NCBI GenBank assembly: GCA_051531975.1
Contig: JAOPTT010000007.1
Span: 152,985 to 216,984 of the forward strand
Length of the DNA: 64,000 nt
Reading direction: 5' to 3'
Source: Spirochaetaceae bacterium
GTDB lineage: Bacteria; Spirochaetota; Spirochaetia; DSM-2461
Part shown: positions 30,416-40,563 of the stretch, piece after piece
Layout: each line of letters begins with the position of its first letter
How positions within the stretch are numbered: the first letter of the stretch is position 1
Program-made: the position numbers and the translations under genes
Notes under the pieces: generated by a model
The model's input: the letters and a program-made list of their open reading frames with translations, nothing else
What the model was told of the DNA's origin: nothing
Databases searched by the model: none

Positions 30416-31473
30416 TGAAAAGTTATTATGTTGTAGGTTGTTACACCCATTTTGTTCCCCATGCAGCTTTGGCTAATGGAAGTGGAATATCTGTTATTCA
30501 ACTTGATGAGGATCTAGGCGCTATAAAAATTATTAGTTGTGTTCAGGATGTTAAAAACCCATCTTATTTATGTTATAGAAGTGATATAAATACAGTGTTA
30601 TCTGTGTCCGAAGACGAAGAAAACGGTGGTGGTGAAGTATTAAGCTTTTCTCTAGATAAGAACTACTCTTTAGATCTATTAAGTAGATCTACCAATGGTG
30701 ACAATTCTAGTTGTCATTTAATTAGTTATAAAGATAGAGTATTTACAGCATCCTATGTAAACGGATCTATTGCAGATTATAAATTAGAAAATAAAAAAGC
30801 TAGGCTTATCTCAAATTATAAATACAGTGGAACAGGACCTAATTTATCCAGGCAAGAGGCACCTCATGCACATCAAGTTGTTCTTACTCCAGATAAAAAC
30901 CTATATGTTGTCGATCTAGGAACTGATTCTATATGGAAACATCATATACAAGATGGTCTGAATTCTTGCACTTTAGCTTTAAAAGTACCGACTGGTTATG
31001 GTCCCAGGCATATGGCATTAGACAAAGATAATAAACATCTATATATTTTATGCGAATTAATACCAAGAATCTTAGTAGTGAAAATTGAAGATGATGGTCA
31101 GCTTACTATAATTCAAGATATTCCATCAATTGAACCAGATAAAGAGACTATTTCTGCTCCTGCAGCAATAAAAATACACCCATCTGGGAATTCTTTAGCA
31201 GCATCAAATAGATTTGATGATACTATTGGTGTTTTTTCTATAACTAGAAATGACCAGGATGTTACAATAACATTGAACTCCATAATTAGTTCTGGAGGTA
31301 AGACACCAAGAGATATAGAATTTTCTTCGTCTGGAAAGTGGTTATTAATTGCAAATCAAGATTCATCAAATATCCAACTTAAAGAATTTGATAAAGAGAG
31401 AGGATTACCACTAGCTAAAAGTATCAGTGGAATAGCAATTGGTACTCCAGTCTGTATTGTAAATTTAAATTAG
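30415..31473 (+). CDS. Lactonase, 6-phosphogluconolactonase (YbhE) beta-propeller family
   Basis: 'NPSYL', 'RQEAPHAHQV', 'DLGTD', 'GPRHM', 'GKTPRD', 'ANQDS'. Confidence 0.92.
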   Translation: MKSYYVVGCYTHFVPHAALANGSGISVIQLDEDLGAIKIISCVQDVKNPSYLCYRSDINTVLSVSEDEENGGGEVLSFSLDKNYSLDLLSRSTNGDNSSCHLISYKDRVFTASYVNGSIADYKLENKKARLISNYKYSGTGPNLSRQEAPHAHQVVLTPDKNLYVVDLGTDSIWKHHIQDGLNSCTLALKVPTGYGPRHMALDKDNKHLYILCELIPRILVVKIEDDGQLTIIQDIPSIEPDKETISAPAAIKIHPSGNSLAASNRFDDTIGVFSITRNDQDVTITLNSIISSGGKTPRDIEFSSSGKWLLIANQDSSNIQLKEFDKERGLPLAKSISGIAIGTPVCIVNLN

Positions 31474-31502
31474 CAATACCTATTATGGAATAGACAACAT
31501 AT

Positions 31503-32669
31503 TTAATTTCTCTTAAGCTCTTTTAATTTATTGAAGAATTCAATTCCAGATTGGTAATAATCGTTTTTATCTTCCCAAAACCTAGGAGGTGAAAACAGCT
31601 TCTCTAAAAAATAACATGCCGCTCCATGGGCCACTGCATCATCCCCATTTTCTGAAAAAGAAATTTGACAATCCACTTGGCTATTATAGTTCCAATTCCT
31701 CTGAATTTCATCTCGTAATATAGGTTTTAACATAAACTCGGCCTCAACAATATCACCTTCGAAGTAGATATGGCTTATGTTTAATGTATTCACTAATAAG
31801 GATAGGTTTCTTGAAAGCTCTCTAAGAACTTTACTTAATACTTTTTCATCCTCTTTTACTCTACTAACTTCTTTTTCCGTAAGGTTAAACTGTGAGGTAT
31901 TAGGGGCATCTTTATTTATACTCTGAAATTCTCCTGCAGAAAAGTTTTCTCCGTGTAAAATGCTATCTTTAATGACTAAACCAATTCCTATAGCTATTCC
32001 ACCATGTTCTTTAGAATCAACATTTGGTTTTCTAAACTCTCCTAATACTGTAATAAAGTTTCTTTTTCGCTCTGATGCACTTTTTACCAGTTGGCTAGAA
32101 CAGCAGCAGTTTGCATCATTTTCTATTAAAATAGGGAAGGGGTAAGTTTTTAACTTCTCATAAATTCTAACAGGACTATCTATGTTTAATGGGTTAGACC
32201 TGTAAATTATTCCTTCGTAGGGGTTAATAATCCCCGATACACCTAAAGTTACACCTAAAACAGATATCCCTCGTTTTTTACACTTAGAGATAGAGTATTC
32301 TAATACAAAATCTATCAATTCTTGAAAACTAAGTTTATCTTTATTATGTTTAAACTTTTCATGAAGTATTATATTGCCTTTTAGGTCTGTAACGCAAAAA
32401 ACAGAAAAAGATGTATTTACTTCTATACCAATAACAGATCCAAACTTCTCATTAACTGTTAGAACTTCAGCTTTTCTTCCACCCTGATGACCACTTGCTT
32501 GTTTATCTATAGCTAGTATTATTCCATCGTCTATCATTGGGCTTAATAGTTTTGTGATAGTAGACTTATTCAGACCTAACTGGTTGGCAATTTCTGTTCT
32601 ACTAATAGATTCTTGTTGCCATACAGCCTGTAGTACTCTAGAAGAGTTGTATAAATTCTGATTTTGCAT
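31503..32669 (-). CDS. ROK-family transcriptional repressor
   Basis: N-terminal HTH 'ISRTEIANQLGLNKSTIT', 'GGRK', 'IENDANC', 'AGEF'. Confidence 0.92.
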   Translation of the reverse strand: MQNQNLYNSSRVLQAVWQQESISRTEIANQLGLNKSTITKLLSPMIDDGIILAIDKQASGHQGGRKAEVLTVNEKFGSVIGIEVNTSFSVFCVTDLKGNIILHEKFKHNKDKLSFQELIDFVLEYSISKCKKRGISVLGVTLGVSGIINPYEGIIYRSNPLNIDSPVRIYEKLKTYPFPILIENDANCCCSSQLVKSASERKRNFITVLGEFRKPNVDSKEHGGIAIGIGLVIKDSILHGENFSAGEFQSINKDAPNTSQFNLTEKEVSRVKEDEKVLSKVLRELSRNLSLLVNTLNISHIYFEGDIVEAEFMLKPILRDEIQRNWNYNSQVDCQISFSENGDDAVAHGAACYFLEKLFSPPRFWEDKNDYYQSGIEFFNKLKELKRN

Positions 32670-32705
32670 GGGTTAATGGTATAGTAGAGGTTTAAAATCG
32701 TCAAC

Positions 32706-32730
32706 AGTTAATTTCCTAAGGAAACAAACT
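32706..32730. promoter_or_regulatory. XylR/ROK-type 25-bp operator
   Basis: AGTTAATTTCCTAAGGAAACAAACT is a near-palindrome next to the -35 (TTGACG, minus strand) of the ROK gene. Confidence 0.7.
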
Positions 32731-32818
32731 GTACTTTTCTGTCGCAGTTAGTTACTATATATAATATATTATTTTATCATAAATTAAACAATTTCAATTA
32801 TTTCTTTGCCTTTAAAGC

Positions 32819-32871
32819 TTGACGTATGTAAATTGGGAATATATTATGTTCGAGTAATATGGAAACTAACT
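32819..32871 (+). promoter_or_regulatory. Promoter of the GH17 pair with a degenerate second ROK site
   Basis: TTGACG(32819)-17-TATTAT(32842), then ...GGAAACTAACT ending at 32871, resembling the right half of the 32706 site. Confidence 0.6.
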
Positions 32872-33003
32872 ATAAATATTTATATTGCAATATAGATAAT
32901 GAGCGGAATTATTTATACCGTTCATTGAACTAAAATAATTATTAATAGGTGAAGATGTAATATAACTCTTTACTTATTTCTTATATAAATATAGGGGATA
33001 AAT

Positions 33004-33888
33004 ATGTCTAGTAAAGGCCATAGAGTTATGACACTGGCAGGGGTTAATTATAATAACCATGATACTAAAGATTTAACATCACAGTTTTCAGAGCTATTAA
33101 ATAGTTGTGTTCATGGAATGTGCTTTAGTCCATATACCCAGGATCAAAAACCTGGAGATATTATTACAGAGGAACAAATCAGAGCTAAAATTGAAATTAT
33201 TAAACCATATACAAATTGGATTAGAATATTTTCTACTACAGATGGAAATGAAAATATACCTAGAATTGCCCATGAATATGGTTTAAAAACTATGGTTGGT
33301 GCCTGGATAGGTAAAGATTTAGAGGTTAATGAGAAAGAGATAAGCAATGTAATAGAGATAGCTAAAAGTGGTTATGCTGATATTGTAGCTGTTGGAAACG
33401 AAGTTATGCTACGAGAAGACATAACAGAAGAGAAATTAATTGAATACATTAGTAAAGTAAAAAAAGAGATAATAGATATACCTGTCGGTTATGTAGATGC
33501 TTATTATATATTTGAAGAGAGACCAAAGATCACAGAAGTTTGCGATGTTATACTTGCTAACTGCTACCCATTTTGGGAAGGTTGTAGTTTAGAGCACTCT
33601 GTTTTATACATGAAGGATATGTATAGAAGAGCAACTATAGCAGCTAAAAGTAAAAAAGTTATTATAAGCGAAACAGGTTGGCCAAATATTGGTACTAAGT
33701 TTTTTGGTGCTATACCTTCTAAAGAGAATGCAATTAAGTATTTTATTAACACTTATAATTGGGCAAAAGAAGAAGATTTAGAAATCTTTTATTTCTCTAC
33801 ATTTGATGAAGCATGGAAAGTTGAAGATGAAGGTGATGTAGGTGCATATTGGGGTATCTGGGATAAAAACGGTAAATTAAAATATTAA
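33004..33888 (+). CDS. Glycoside hydrolase family 17 (beta-1,3-glucanase type), no signal peptide
   Basis: 'VAVGNEV', 'IISETGWP', 'FSTFDEAWK', 'AYWGIWD'. Confidence 0.9.
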   Translation: MSSKGHRVMTLAGVNYNNHDTKDLTSQFSELLNSCVHGMCFSPYTQDQKPGDIITEEQIRAKIEIIKPYTNWIRIFSTTDGNENIPRIAHEYGLKTMVGAWIGKDLEVNEKEISNVIEIAKSGYADIVAVGNEVMLREDITEEKLIEYISKVKKEIIDIPVGYVDAYYIFEERPKITEVCDVILANCYPFWEGCSLEHSVLYMKDMYRRATIAAKSKKVIISETGWPNIGTKFFGAIPSKENAIKYFINTYNWAKEEDLEIFYFSTFDEAWKVEDEGDVGAYWGIWDKNGKLKY

Positions 33889-33897
33889 GGATTACAT

Positions 33898-34821
33898 ATG
33901 AAGCTTGAACAAAAAATTGAAATAGAACATAAAAATGCAATCTGTTACTCTGGTTACAGAACAGGTCAAAAGCCAGGTGGTCAGAGCCCTACATATCAAG
34001 AGGTAAAAGAGGATCTTCTGATATTAAAAGATGATTGGGGATATTTAAGACTTTATGACTGTACTGCCCATGCTTTTACTGTTATGGATGTTATAGAAAA
34101 GGAAAACTTAGATTTTAAGGTTATGATTGGAGCTTATATTTTAGCCGAAGTTAATAACCCTGATTGCCCCTGGGGAGCTATTTATACTGATGAAATTTTA
34201 GAGTTCAATAAAAAAGAGAACATAAGATTAGTAGAAGAAGTTATATCCCTTGCTAACAAGTACCCTAAAATAGTTTTCTCTATATCTGTAGGGAACGAAG
34301 CCACAGTAGACTGGACAGACCACTTAGTACCAGTTGAAAGTGTAATAGACTATGTTAGGATGGTTAAAAAAAGTGCAAAACAGCCAGTAACATTTTGTGA
34401 AAATTATGTACCTTGGACAAACAAACTTGAAAAACTGGCATTAGAAGTAGATTTTATATCGGTTCATACATATCCTGTTTGGGAGTATAAAAGTATTGAA
34501 CAGGCCATGGATTATACAAAAGAAAATTATTATAGTGTGGCAAATAAATATCCGGATATTCCTGTTGTTATAACAGAAGCTGGGTGGACAACTAATACAA
34601 ATGGTCGGGGTATAGATCCTAGTAATGCAAACCAAGAGTTGCAATTAAAGTATTGCACACAGTTATTAGAATGGTCTAATAAAAATAGAATATTAACATT
34701 TTTATTCGAAGCATTTGACGAAGATTGGAAAGGGTCTGATGATGAAATGGAACCAGAAAAACATTGGGGATTATACAACATAGATAGAAAACCAAAGTTA
34801 ATAGTAAAAAGAGATATATAA
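33898..34821 (+). CDS. Glycoside hydrolase family 17, second divergent copy
   Basis: 'ISVGNEA', 'VITEAGW', 'FEAFDEDWK', 'EKHWGLY'. Confidence 0.88.
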   Translation: MKLEQKIEIEHKNAICYSGYRTGQKPGGQSPTYQEVKEDLLILKDDWGYLRLYDCTAHAFTVMDVIEKENLDFKVMIGAYILAEVNNPDCPWGAIYTDEILEFNKKENIRLVEEVISLANKYPKIVFSISVGNEATVDWTDHLVPVESVIDYVRMVKKSAKQPVTFCENYVPWTNKLEKLALEVDFISVHTYPVWEYKSIEQAMDYTKENYYSVANKYPDIPVVITEAGWTTNTNGRGIDPSNANQELQLKYCTQLLEWSNKNRILTFLFEAFDEDWKGSDDEMEPEKHWGLYNIDRKPKLIVKRDI

Positions 34822-34844
34822 TCTCCCATTTACATTAAATTAAC

Positions 34845-34888
34845 TTGCTTTCTAGTGAGACTCACGTTAATATGTTTGCGTAAACATA
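34845..34888 (+). promoter_or_regulatory. Promoter with overlapping LacI-type operator upstream of the GH149-like gene
   Basis: TTGCTT(34845)-17-TAATAT(34868); operator TGTTTGCGTAAACA at 34873-34886. Confidence 0.8.
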
Positions 34889-34924
34889 AAAATAAATAAA
34901 ATAAACATACATTTAGGGGTAATT

Positions 34925-37900
34925 ATGAAATCTAACATTTACTTAGGGGATCAACTAATAAAAAAAGAATCTCCAGAAATTAAGGAGCAATTTATTGAAG
35001 TTGATAATGATCTGTTTTATCAGATAGAGAATTATACTCAGATGCCACCCTTTTTTATGACTTTAACAAGTAATTCAAATCACTGGATGTTTATTTCTAG
35101 TACAGGTGGATTAACAGCAGGTAGAGTAAATTCAGAATCATCTCTATTTCCATATTATACAGATGATAGAATTACTGAGAATGCAGATAATACTGGACCT
35201 ACTACGGTTATATTAGCAACTAAAAGCAACAAAACATATTTATGGAAACCTTTTACAACTGAAAGTAGGGATATTTATATTATCAAAAATATACTTTCTA
35301 AAAATGTTGCCGGTAATATATTAAAATTTCAAGAGATAAATGAAACACTAGGACTGTCCTACTCATATTACTGGATGAATAGTAAGAAGTATGGGTTAGT
35401 TAAAAAATCTGTCTTAGATAATTTAGATAATTCAGATATAGATATAGATATTGTTGACGGATTACAAAACGTTCTACCATCAGGTGTAGAATCCCAGGTT
35501 CAAAAAGAGTTTAGTAACTTATTAAATGGGTATAAAAGAACTCAGTTAGATGAAAGTGGTTTAGTACTATTTACATTAAGTGCAGCTTTAACTGACTTAG
35601 CAGAACCAAGTGAATCTTTAAAAGCTAATACAATATGGCAGTCAGGTTTAGACGTAGAGAACTACATATTAAAAGCAGATCAATTAGAATCATTTTCCCG
35701 TGGAGGTTCTCTCGAAACAGAGATTGATCAGAAAGGAGATAGAGGTTGTTTCTTAGTTCATTCTGAATTTAAATTACAAGGTAACTCTGATAAAGAGTGG
35801 TTAATAGTTGCAGATTTAGATAAAGATTTAACAGCTGTAAATAACCTAAAAGATTTTATTAAGACTGAACAAAATAAATTTTCTGTAGTAATTGAAGATG
35901 TAGAAAAAGGAAGTAGAGAACTTAAAACAATACTTAACCAAAACGATGGATTACAAGCAACCCAGAGCCAAATGAACTGTGTACACCACCAAGCAAATGT
36001 TCTATTTAATATTATGAGAGGTGGTTTTTTCTATAACTCATATTTGATTGGAATTACAGACTTCATTGAGTTTATAGGTAGCACAAATAAAAATGTACTT
36101 AAAAGACATTCTGTCGAGTTAACAAAACTACCAAAAGAGTTAAATTACGACCAGGTTTTAGAGTTTGTTTTAGATCAGAAAGATTCAGATTTAGAGAGAA
36201 TATGGTATGCTTATCTTCCTTTGACATTTAGTCGAAGACATGGAGACCCAAGTAGACCATGGAATGCATTCTCTATCCAAACTGAGAAAGTTGATGGATC
36301 AGCAAAATTAGACTATGAAGGTAACTGGAGAGACATCTTTCAGAACTGGGAAGCTTTATGTTACTCCTACCCAGAGTATATTCAGCATACAATCGCGACA
36401 TTTTTAAACGCATCTACTAAAGATGGATATAACCCATATCATGTATCAAAAAATGGAATTAATTGGGAGTGTCCAGAACCTGGAAACCCTTGGGCTAATA
36501 TTGGTTACTGGTCTGATCACCAGATCATCTATCTTCTAAAATTATTAGAGATGTACCAAGATCACAAACCAGAGAACTTACAAAAAGAACTTAATCACAG
36601 AACTTATACATCTGCAAATGTTCCATACGAAATTAAGTCATTTAAGGACATTGTGAATGACCCATACGAGACAATAGATTTTAATGAAGATAAAGATAAA
36701 AAAATTAGAGTTTTAGCAGAAGAAATTGGTGCTGAAGGAAAGATGTTACACGATAAGAGTGGTAAATTAGTACTAAACTCAATGTCTGAGAAATTATTAG
36801 TTCACTTATTAACAAAACTTGGTAACTATATCCCAGAAGGTGGAATCTGGATGAATACACAGAGACCTGAGTGGAACGATGCTAATAATGCTTTAGTTGG
36901 GAAAGGTATATCTGTTGTAACTTTGGCTTATATAAGAAGATACATCTCTTTTATGAAGAATATATATTCAGGTTCAGATCTAGATACATTAACAATGAGT
37001 AATGACATTGTTATATGGTTTGATCAAATAGCTAAGATTTTTGCTAATTATGAAAAAACCTTATCTGCAAACTTATCAGATTCTGCTCGGTACCAAATTG
37101 TAGAGCTTTTAGGTGTGGCTTCTGAAAATTACAGGGTCGGTTATTATAAAGAGTTAGACTTTAAAGATGATAATATAACTATCAAATCACTTTTAACATT
37201 TTTGGAATCAGTATTAATATGTGTAGACGATACACTATATAAAAATAGAAGAGAGGATAACCTTTACCACTCGTATAATACTTTAGAAATAAGAGATGGA
37301 AAGATGAAGATTCACTATCTATACGAGATGTTAGAAGGGCAGGTTGCAATTTTAACATCTGGATTATTAACCCCAACACAGGCCAATGGTACATTAACAG
37401 CCTTAAAAGGTAGTGCAATGTTCCGTGAAGATCAACATAGTTATATGTTATATCCTAATAGAGAACTTCCAGGTTTTACACAAAAGAATATAATACCAAC
37501 CGACGTTGTTAATGGTAACAAAATATTAAAAGAGTTAGTAGAAAGTGGAAACAAAGATCTAATTACAATAGATAACAGTGGTGAGTACCATTTTAATGGT
37601 AACTTCCATAACTCTAAACAGGTTATATCCACATTAGAAGAGTTAAAAATTTCTGATCCAGAGAACCAAGTAGCTCTAATATTTGAAACTATTTTTAATC
37701 ACCAATCTTTTACTGGTCGTTCAGGAACATTTTTTGCTTTCGAGGGTCTAGGTAGTATCTACTGGCACATGGTTAGTAAACTTCTATTAGCTGCCCAGGA
37801 AAACATATCTTGGGCAATAGATAAAGGTGCTTCAGAAGATCAAATTTCATCTTTAAAAGACCACTACTACGATATTAGAAAAGGTATTGGATATAACAAA

Positions 37901-38344
37901 ACCGCTAAGGTATATGGAGCATTCCCTTTTGACCCATACTCCCATACTCCATGGGATAAAGGTGCAAAACAACCAGGGATGACAGGACAGGTAAAAGAAG
38001 AAGTTCTTACAAGACTTTCTGAAATGGGAATTCGAATCCATAAAGGTCAGATACTGTTTGATAAGGTTTTAGTTGATGATAAAGAATTCTTGACTACAGC
38101 TACAAAATGGTCCGTTATTGGAAACTCTGGAGATTTAATAGAGTTAGATATTCCAAAAGGTTCTTTTGCGGGTACACATTGTCAGACTCCATATATAGTA
38201 ACAAAAGGTGAACAAGCTAGTATCACAGTCAATTTCAGAGACGGATCTACCCAGGTTTTTAAAGGTAATATTTTACCTGCTGATATAAGTAAACTAATAT
38301 TCAAACGTGATACTGCAGTTAAAAATATGGAGATTATATTATGA
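34925..38344 (+). CDS. Probable GH149 beta-1,3-glucan phosphorylase
   Basis: 1139 aa; 'FSRRHGDPSRPWNAF', 'YEGNWRDIFQNWEAL', 'RPEWNDANNALVG', 'EGLGSIYWHMVSKLLL', 'AKQPGMTGQVKEE' recalled as GH149 motifs; GH17/GH16 context agrees. Confidence 0.8.
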   Translation: MKSNIYLGDQLIKKESPEIKEQFIEVDNDLFYQIENYTQMPPFFMTLTSNSNHWMFISSTGGLTAGRVNSESSLFPYYTDDRITENADNTGPTTVILATKSNKTYLWKPFTTESRDIYIIKNILSKNVAGNILKFQEINETLGLSYSYYWMNSKKYGLVKKSVLDNLDNSDIDIDIVDGLQNVLPSGVESQVQKEFSNLLNGYKRTQLDESGLVLFTLSAALTDLAEPSESLKANTIWQSGLDVENYILKADQLESFSRGGSLETEIDQKGDRGCFLVHSEFKLQGNSDKEWLIVADLDKDLTAVNNLKDFIKTEQNKFSVVIEDVEKGSRELKTILNQNDGLQATQSQMNCVHHQANVLFNIMRGGFFYNSYLIGITDFIEFIGSTNKNVLKRHSVELTKLPKELNYDQVLEFVLDQKDSDLERIWYAYLPLTFSRRHGDPSRPWNAFSIQTEKVDGSAKLDYEGNWRDIFQNWEALCYSYPEYIQHTIATFLNASTKDGYNPYHVSKNGINWECPEPGNPWANIGYWSDHQIIYLLKLLEMYQDHKPENLQKELNHRTYTSANVPYEIKSFKDIVNDPYETIDFNEDKDKKIRVLAEEIGAEGKMLHDKSGKLVLNSMSEKLLVHLLTKLGNYIPEGGIWMNTQRPEWNDANNALVGKGISVVTLAYIRRYISFMKNIYSGSDLDTLTMSNDIVIWFDQIAKIFANYEKTLSANLSDSARYQIVELLGVASENYRVGYYKELDFKDDNITIKSLLTFLESVLICVDDTLYKNRREDNLYHSYNTLEIRDGKMKIHYLYEMLEGQVAILTSGLLTPTQANGTLTALKGSAMFREDQHSYMLYPNRELPGFTQKNIIPTDVVNGNKILKELVESGNKDLITIDNSGEYHFNGNFHNSKQVISTLEELKISDPENQVALIFETIFNHQSFTGRSGTFFAFEGLGSIYWHMVSKLLLAAQENISWAIDKGASEDQISSLKDHYYDIRKGIGYNKTAKVYGAFPFDPYSHTPWDKGAKQPGMTGQVKEEVLTRLSEMGIRIHKGQILFDKVLVDDKEFLTTATKWSVIGNSGDLIELDIPKGSFAGTHCQTPYIVTKGEQASITVNFRDGSTQVFKGNILPADISKLIFKRDTAVKNMEIIL

Positions 38345-40560
38345 TAAAAAAGTTACCTTTAATAGGACTTTTATTCCTAACCATTTTAGGTTGTAAAACA
38401 GAAGTTCCCCAGGAGACAGACTTCTCTAAAAGTGAATTAGATTGGCAGTTAGTCTGGAGTGATGAGTTTGATGCCGATACCATCGATGAATCAAAGTGGA
38501 ATTTTATAAATGGTGCTGGTGGTTATGGAAACAATGAACTTCAGTACTATTCAGGAAGAGAAAAAAATGCCCGTATTAAAAAAGGTAACCTGATAATTGA
38601 GGCACACAAAGAGGATTTTAAGGGAAGTCCTTATACCTCTGCAAAATTAACGACCCAAGGGAAAGGTGACTGGACCTATGGACGTTATGAAATTAGAGCA
38701 AAACTTCCTAAAGGACAGGGGATTTGGCCCGCTTTTTGGATGATGCCAACAGATTACGACATATATGGAGCTTGGCCCCAGTGTGGTGAGATCGATATTA
38801 TGGAGATGATAGGTCACGAACCTAATACAACCCATGGAACACTACATTATGGTAATCCATATAAATACACTGGTGAATCTTATACTTTAGAAGAGGGTAC
38901 TTTTTATGATAACTATCATACTTTTGCAATTGACTGGTTGCCTGGGGAGATTAAATGGTATGTAGATGGACATCTTTTTCAGGTTCAAAATGACTGGTAT
39001 AGTAATAACCAGGGAACAACAGAAAATTTAACATTTCCAGCACCCTACGATAGGGATTTTTATATGCAATTCAACTTAGCAATAGGTGGGAATTGGCCAG
39101 GAAATCCCGATTCTACAACGGTCTTCCCTCAAAAACTAATAATTGATTGGATTCGTGTATATCAAGCACCTAAATATCCAAGGATAAAACCTAAAAAAAA
39201 TGTAAAAGAGAAAGCTCCTGAACCAGGAAGAGAACCCCAGGTCGATGGAAATTATGTATATAATCAATCTTTTACCCAAGGAACAGATTATTGGGACTTT
39301 GGAAACCATGAGGGTGGATCCGGTAAAATAACTTTAGAAGACGAAGTTCTACATGTTGAAATTAGTAAAAGTGGTGGTCAAATCTGGGCTAATCAACTTA
39401 CACAATCAGATATGAATATTCAGCTAGGTGTAGAATACCGAGTAACTTTTAAAGCTAAAGCAGCTACAGATAGAAACTTAATGATAAAAATTGGTGGATT
39501 ACAAGATCGTGGATGGGCAGCATACTCCGGAGAGAAATACATAGATATAACAACTTCAATGGAAGAGTATAGTTTTGACTTTACCATGAAAGAAAAAAGT
39601 GATCCTAAAGCAAGATACGAAGTTAATATGGGTCTTAATGAATCTGATATCTGGTTAGATGATTTAACCCTTACACAGATAGGTGGAGAAGCCATAGTAT
39701 TTGGTTCTGAAAGTTCTGTCTCAGCAAGAACTGCATTAGTAGATGGTAATCTAATATACAATGGTACATTTGACCATGGTAAAGGTAGATTAGCTTATTG
39801 GAATCTAGAGACAGATGACGATAGCGATGTTATGTTAAATGTTCAAGCAGAACTATATAAAAGAGAAGGGAACATCGTAATTATAGATAGCAGTCAAAAA
39901 CCTAATGGAATAGTTTTATTCCAAGATAATATCGATATTATTTCAAATGAAACATATCAGGTTAGTTTTGATGCTTATTCAACCGGGGATAGAACTTTTA
40001 TGGTAGCTATTCAAAACACCCAAGGTGATAATTTATATGGTCCTTATACAGTAGATTTAACTGATGTAAAACAAGCTTATAAAATAGATATTCCAGTAAT
40101 TTCAGACAGTAAAAATATTAGGGTATCTTTTTTAGCAGCTATAAGTGGAAACAATAAAACTCAGAAAATAACATTGGATAATGTATCTTTTGTTAAGCTT
40201 AAAAAACCTATAATAATTGATGGTATTACAAAGATCGAAGCTGAAGATTATTTTGATAAGACAGCTACACCAAAGACACAGGACTGTTCCGAAGGTGGTT
40301 TGAATGTAGGTTGGTTAAGTAGTGGTGATTGGCTTAAATATTCTCTGGATGTTAAAAAAGCAGGGACTTACATTATCCGTTACCGAGTTGCATCAGAGAA
40401 AATAGAATCCAAGGTGAACAAGGTAAAGTTTGAAGGATCTGGGGGATGGCAAAACTGGGAAACCATAGAGTCAGAGATTATACTTCCAGCTGGTGAAACA
40501 TTTTTAGAATTAACTGCTGTTGATCTTAATATAAACTGGATTGAACTAGAGTTGAAATAG
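38341..40560 (+). CDS. GH16 laminarinase lipoprotein with two CBM4-like and one CBM6-like modules
   Basis: Lipobox 'LTILGC'; 'WSDEFD'; catalytic 'GEIDIME'; C-terminal 'IEAEDY...GGWQNW'. Confidence 0.92.
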   Translation: MIKKLPLIGLLFLTILGCKTEVPQETDFSKSELDWQLVWSDEFDADTIDESKWNFINGAGGYGNNELQYYSGREKNARIKKGNLIIEAHKEDFKGSPYTSAKLTTQGKGDWTYGRYEIRAKLPKGQGIWPAFWMMPTDYDIYGAWPQCGEIDIMEMIGHEPNTTHGTLHYGNPYKYTGESYTLEEGTFYDNYHTFAIDWLPGEIKWYVDGHLFQVQNDWYSNNQGTTENLTFPAPYDRDFYMQFNLAIGGNWPGNPDSTTVFPQKLIIDWIRVYQAPKYPRIKPKKNVKEKAPEPGREPQVDGNYVYNQSFTQGTDYWDFGNHEGGSGKITLEDEVLHVEISKSGGQIWANQLTQSDMNIQLGVEYRVTFKAKAATDRNLMIKIGGLQDRGWAAYSGEKYIDITTSMEEYSFDFTMKEKSDPKARYEVNMGLNESDIWLDDLTLTQIGGEAIVFGSESSVSARTALVDGNLIYNGTFDHGKGRLAYWNLETDDDSDVMLNVQAELYKREGNIVIIDSSQKPNGIVLFQDNIDIISNETYQVSFDAYSTGDRTFMVAIQNTQGDNLYGPYTVDLTDVKQAYKIDIPVISDSKNIRVSFLAAISGNNKTQKITLDNVSFVKLKKPIIIDGITKIEAEDYFDKTATPKTQDCSEGGLNVGWLSSGDWLKYSLDVKKAGTYIIRYRVASEKIESKVNKVKFEGSGGWQNWETIESEIILPAGETFLELTAVDLNINWIELELK

Positions 40561-40563
40561 GAG

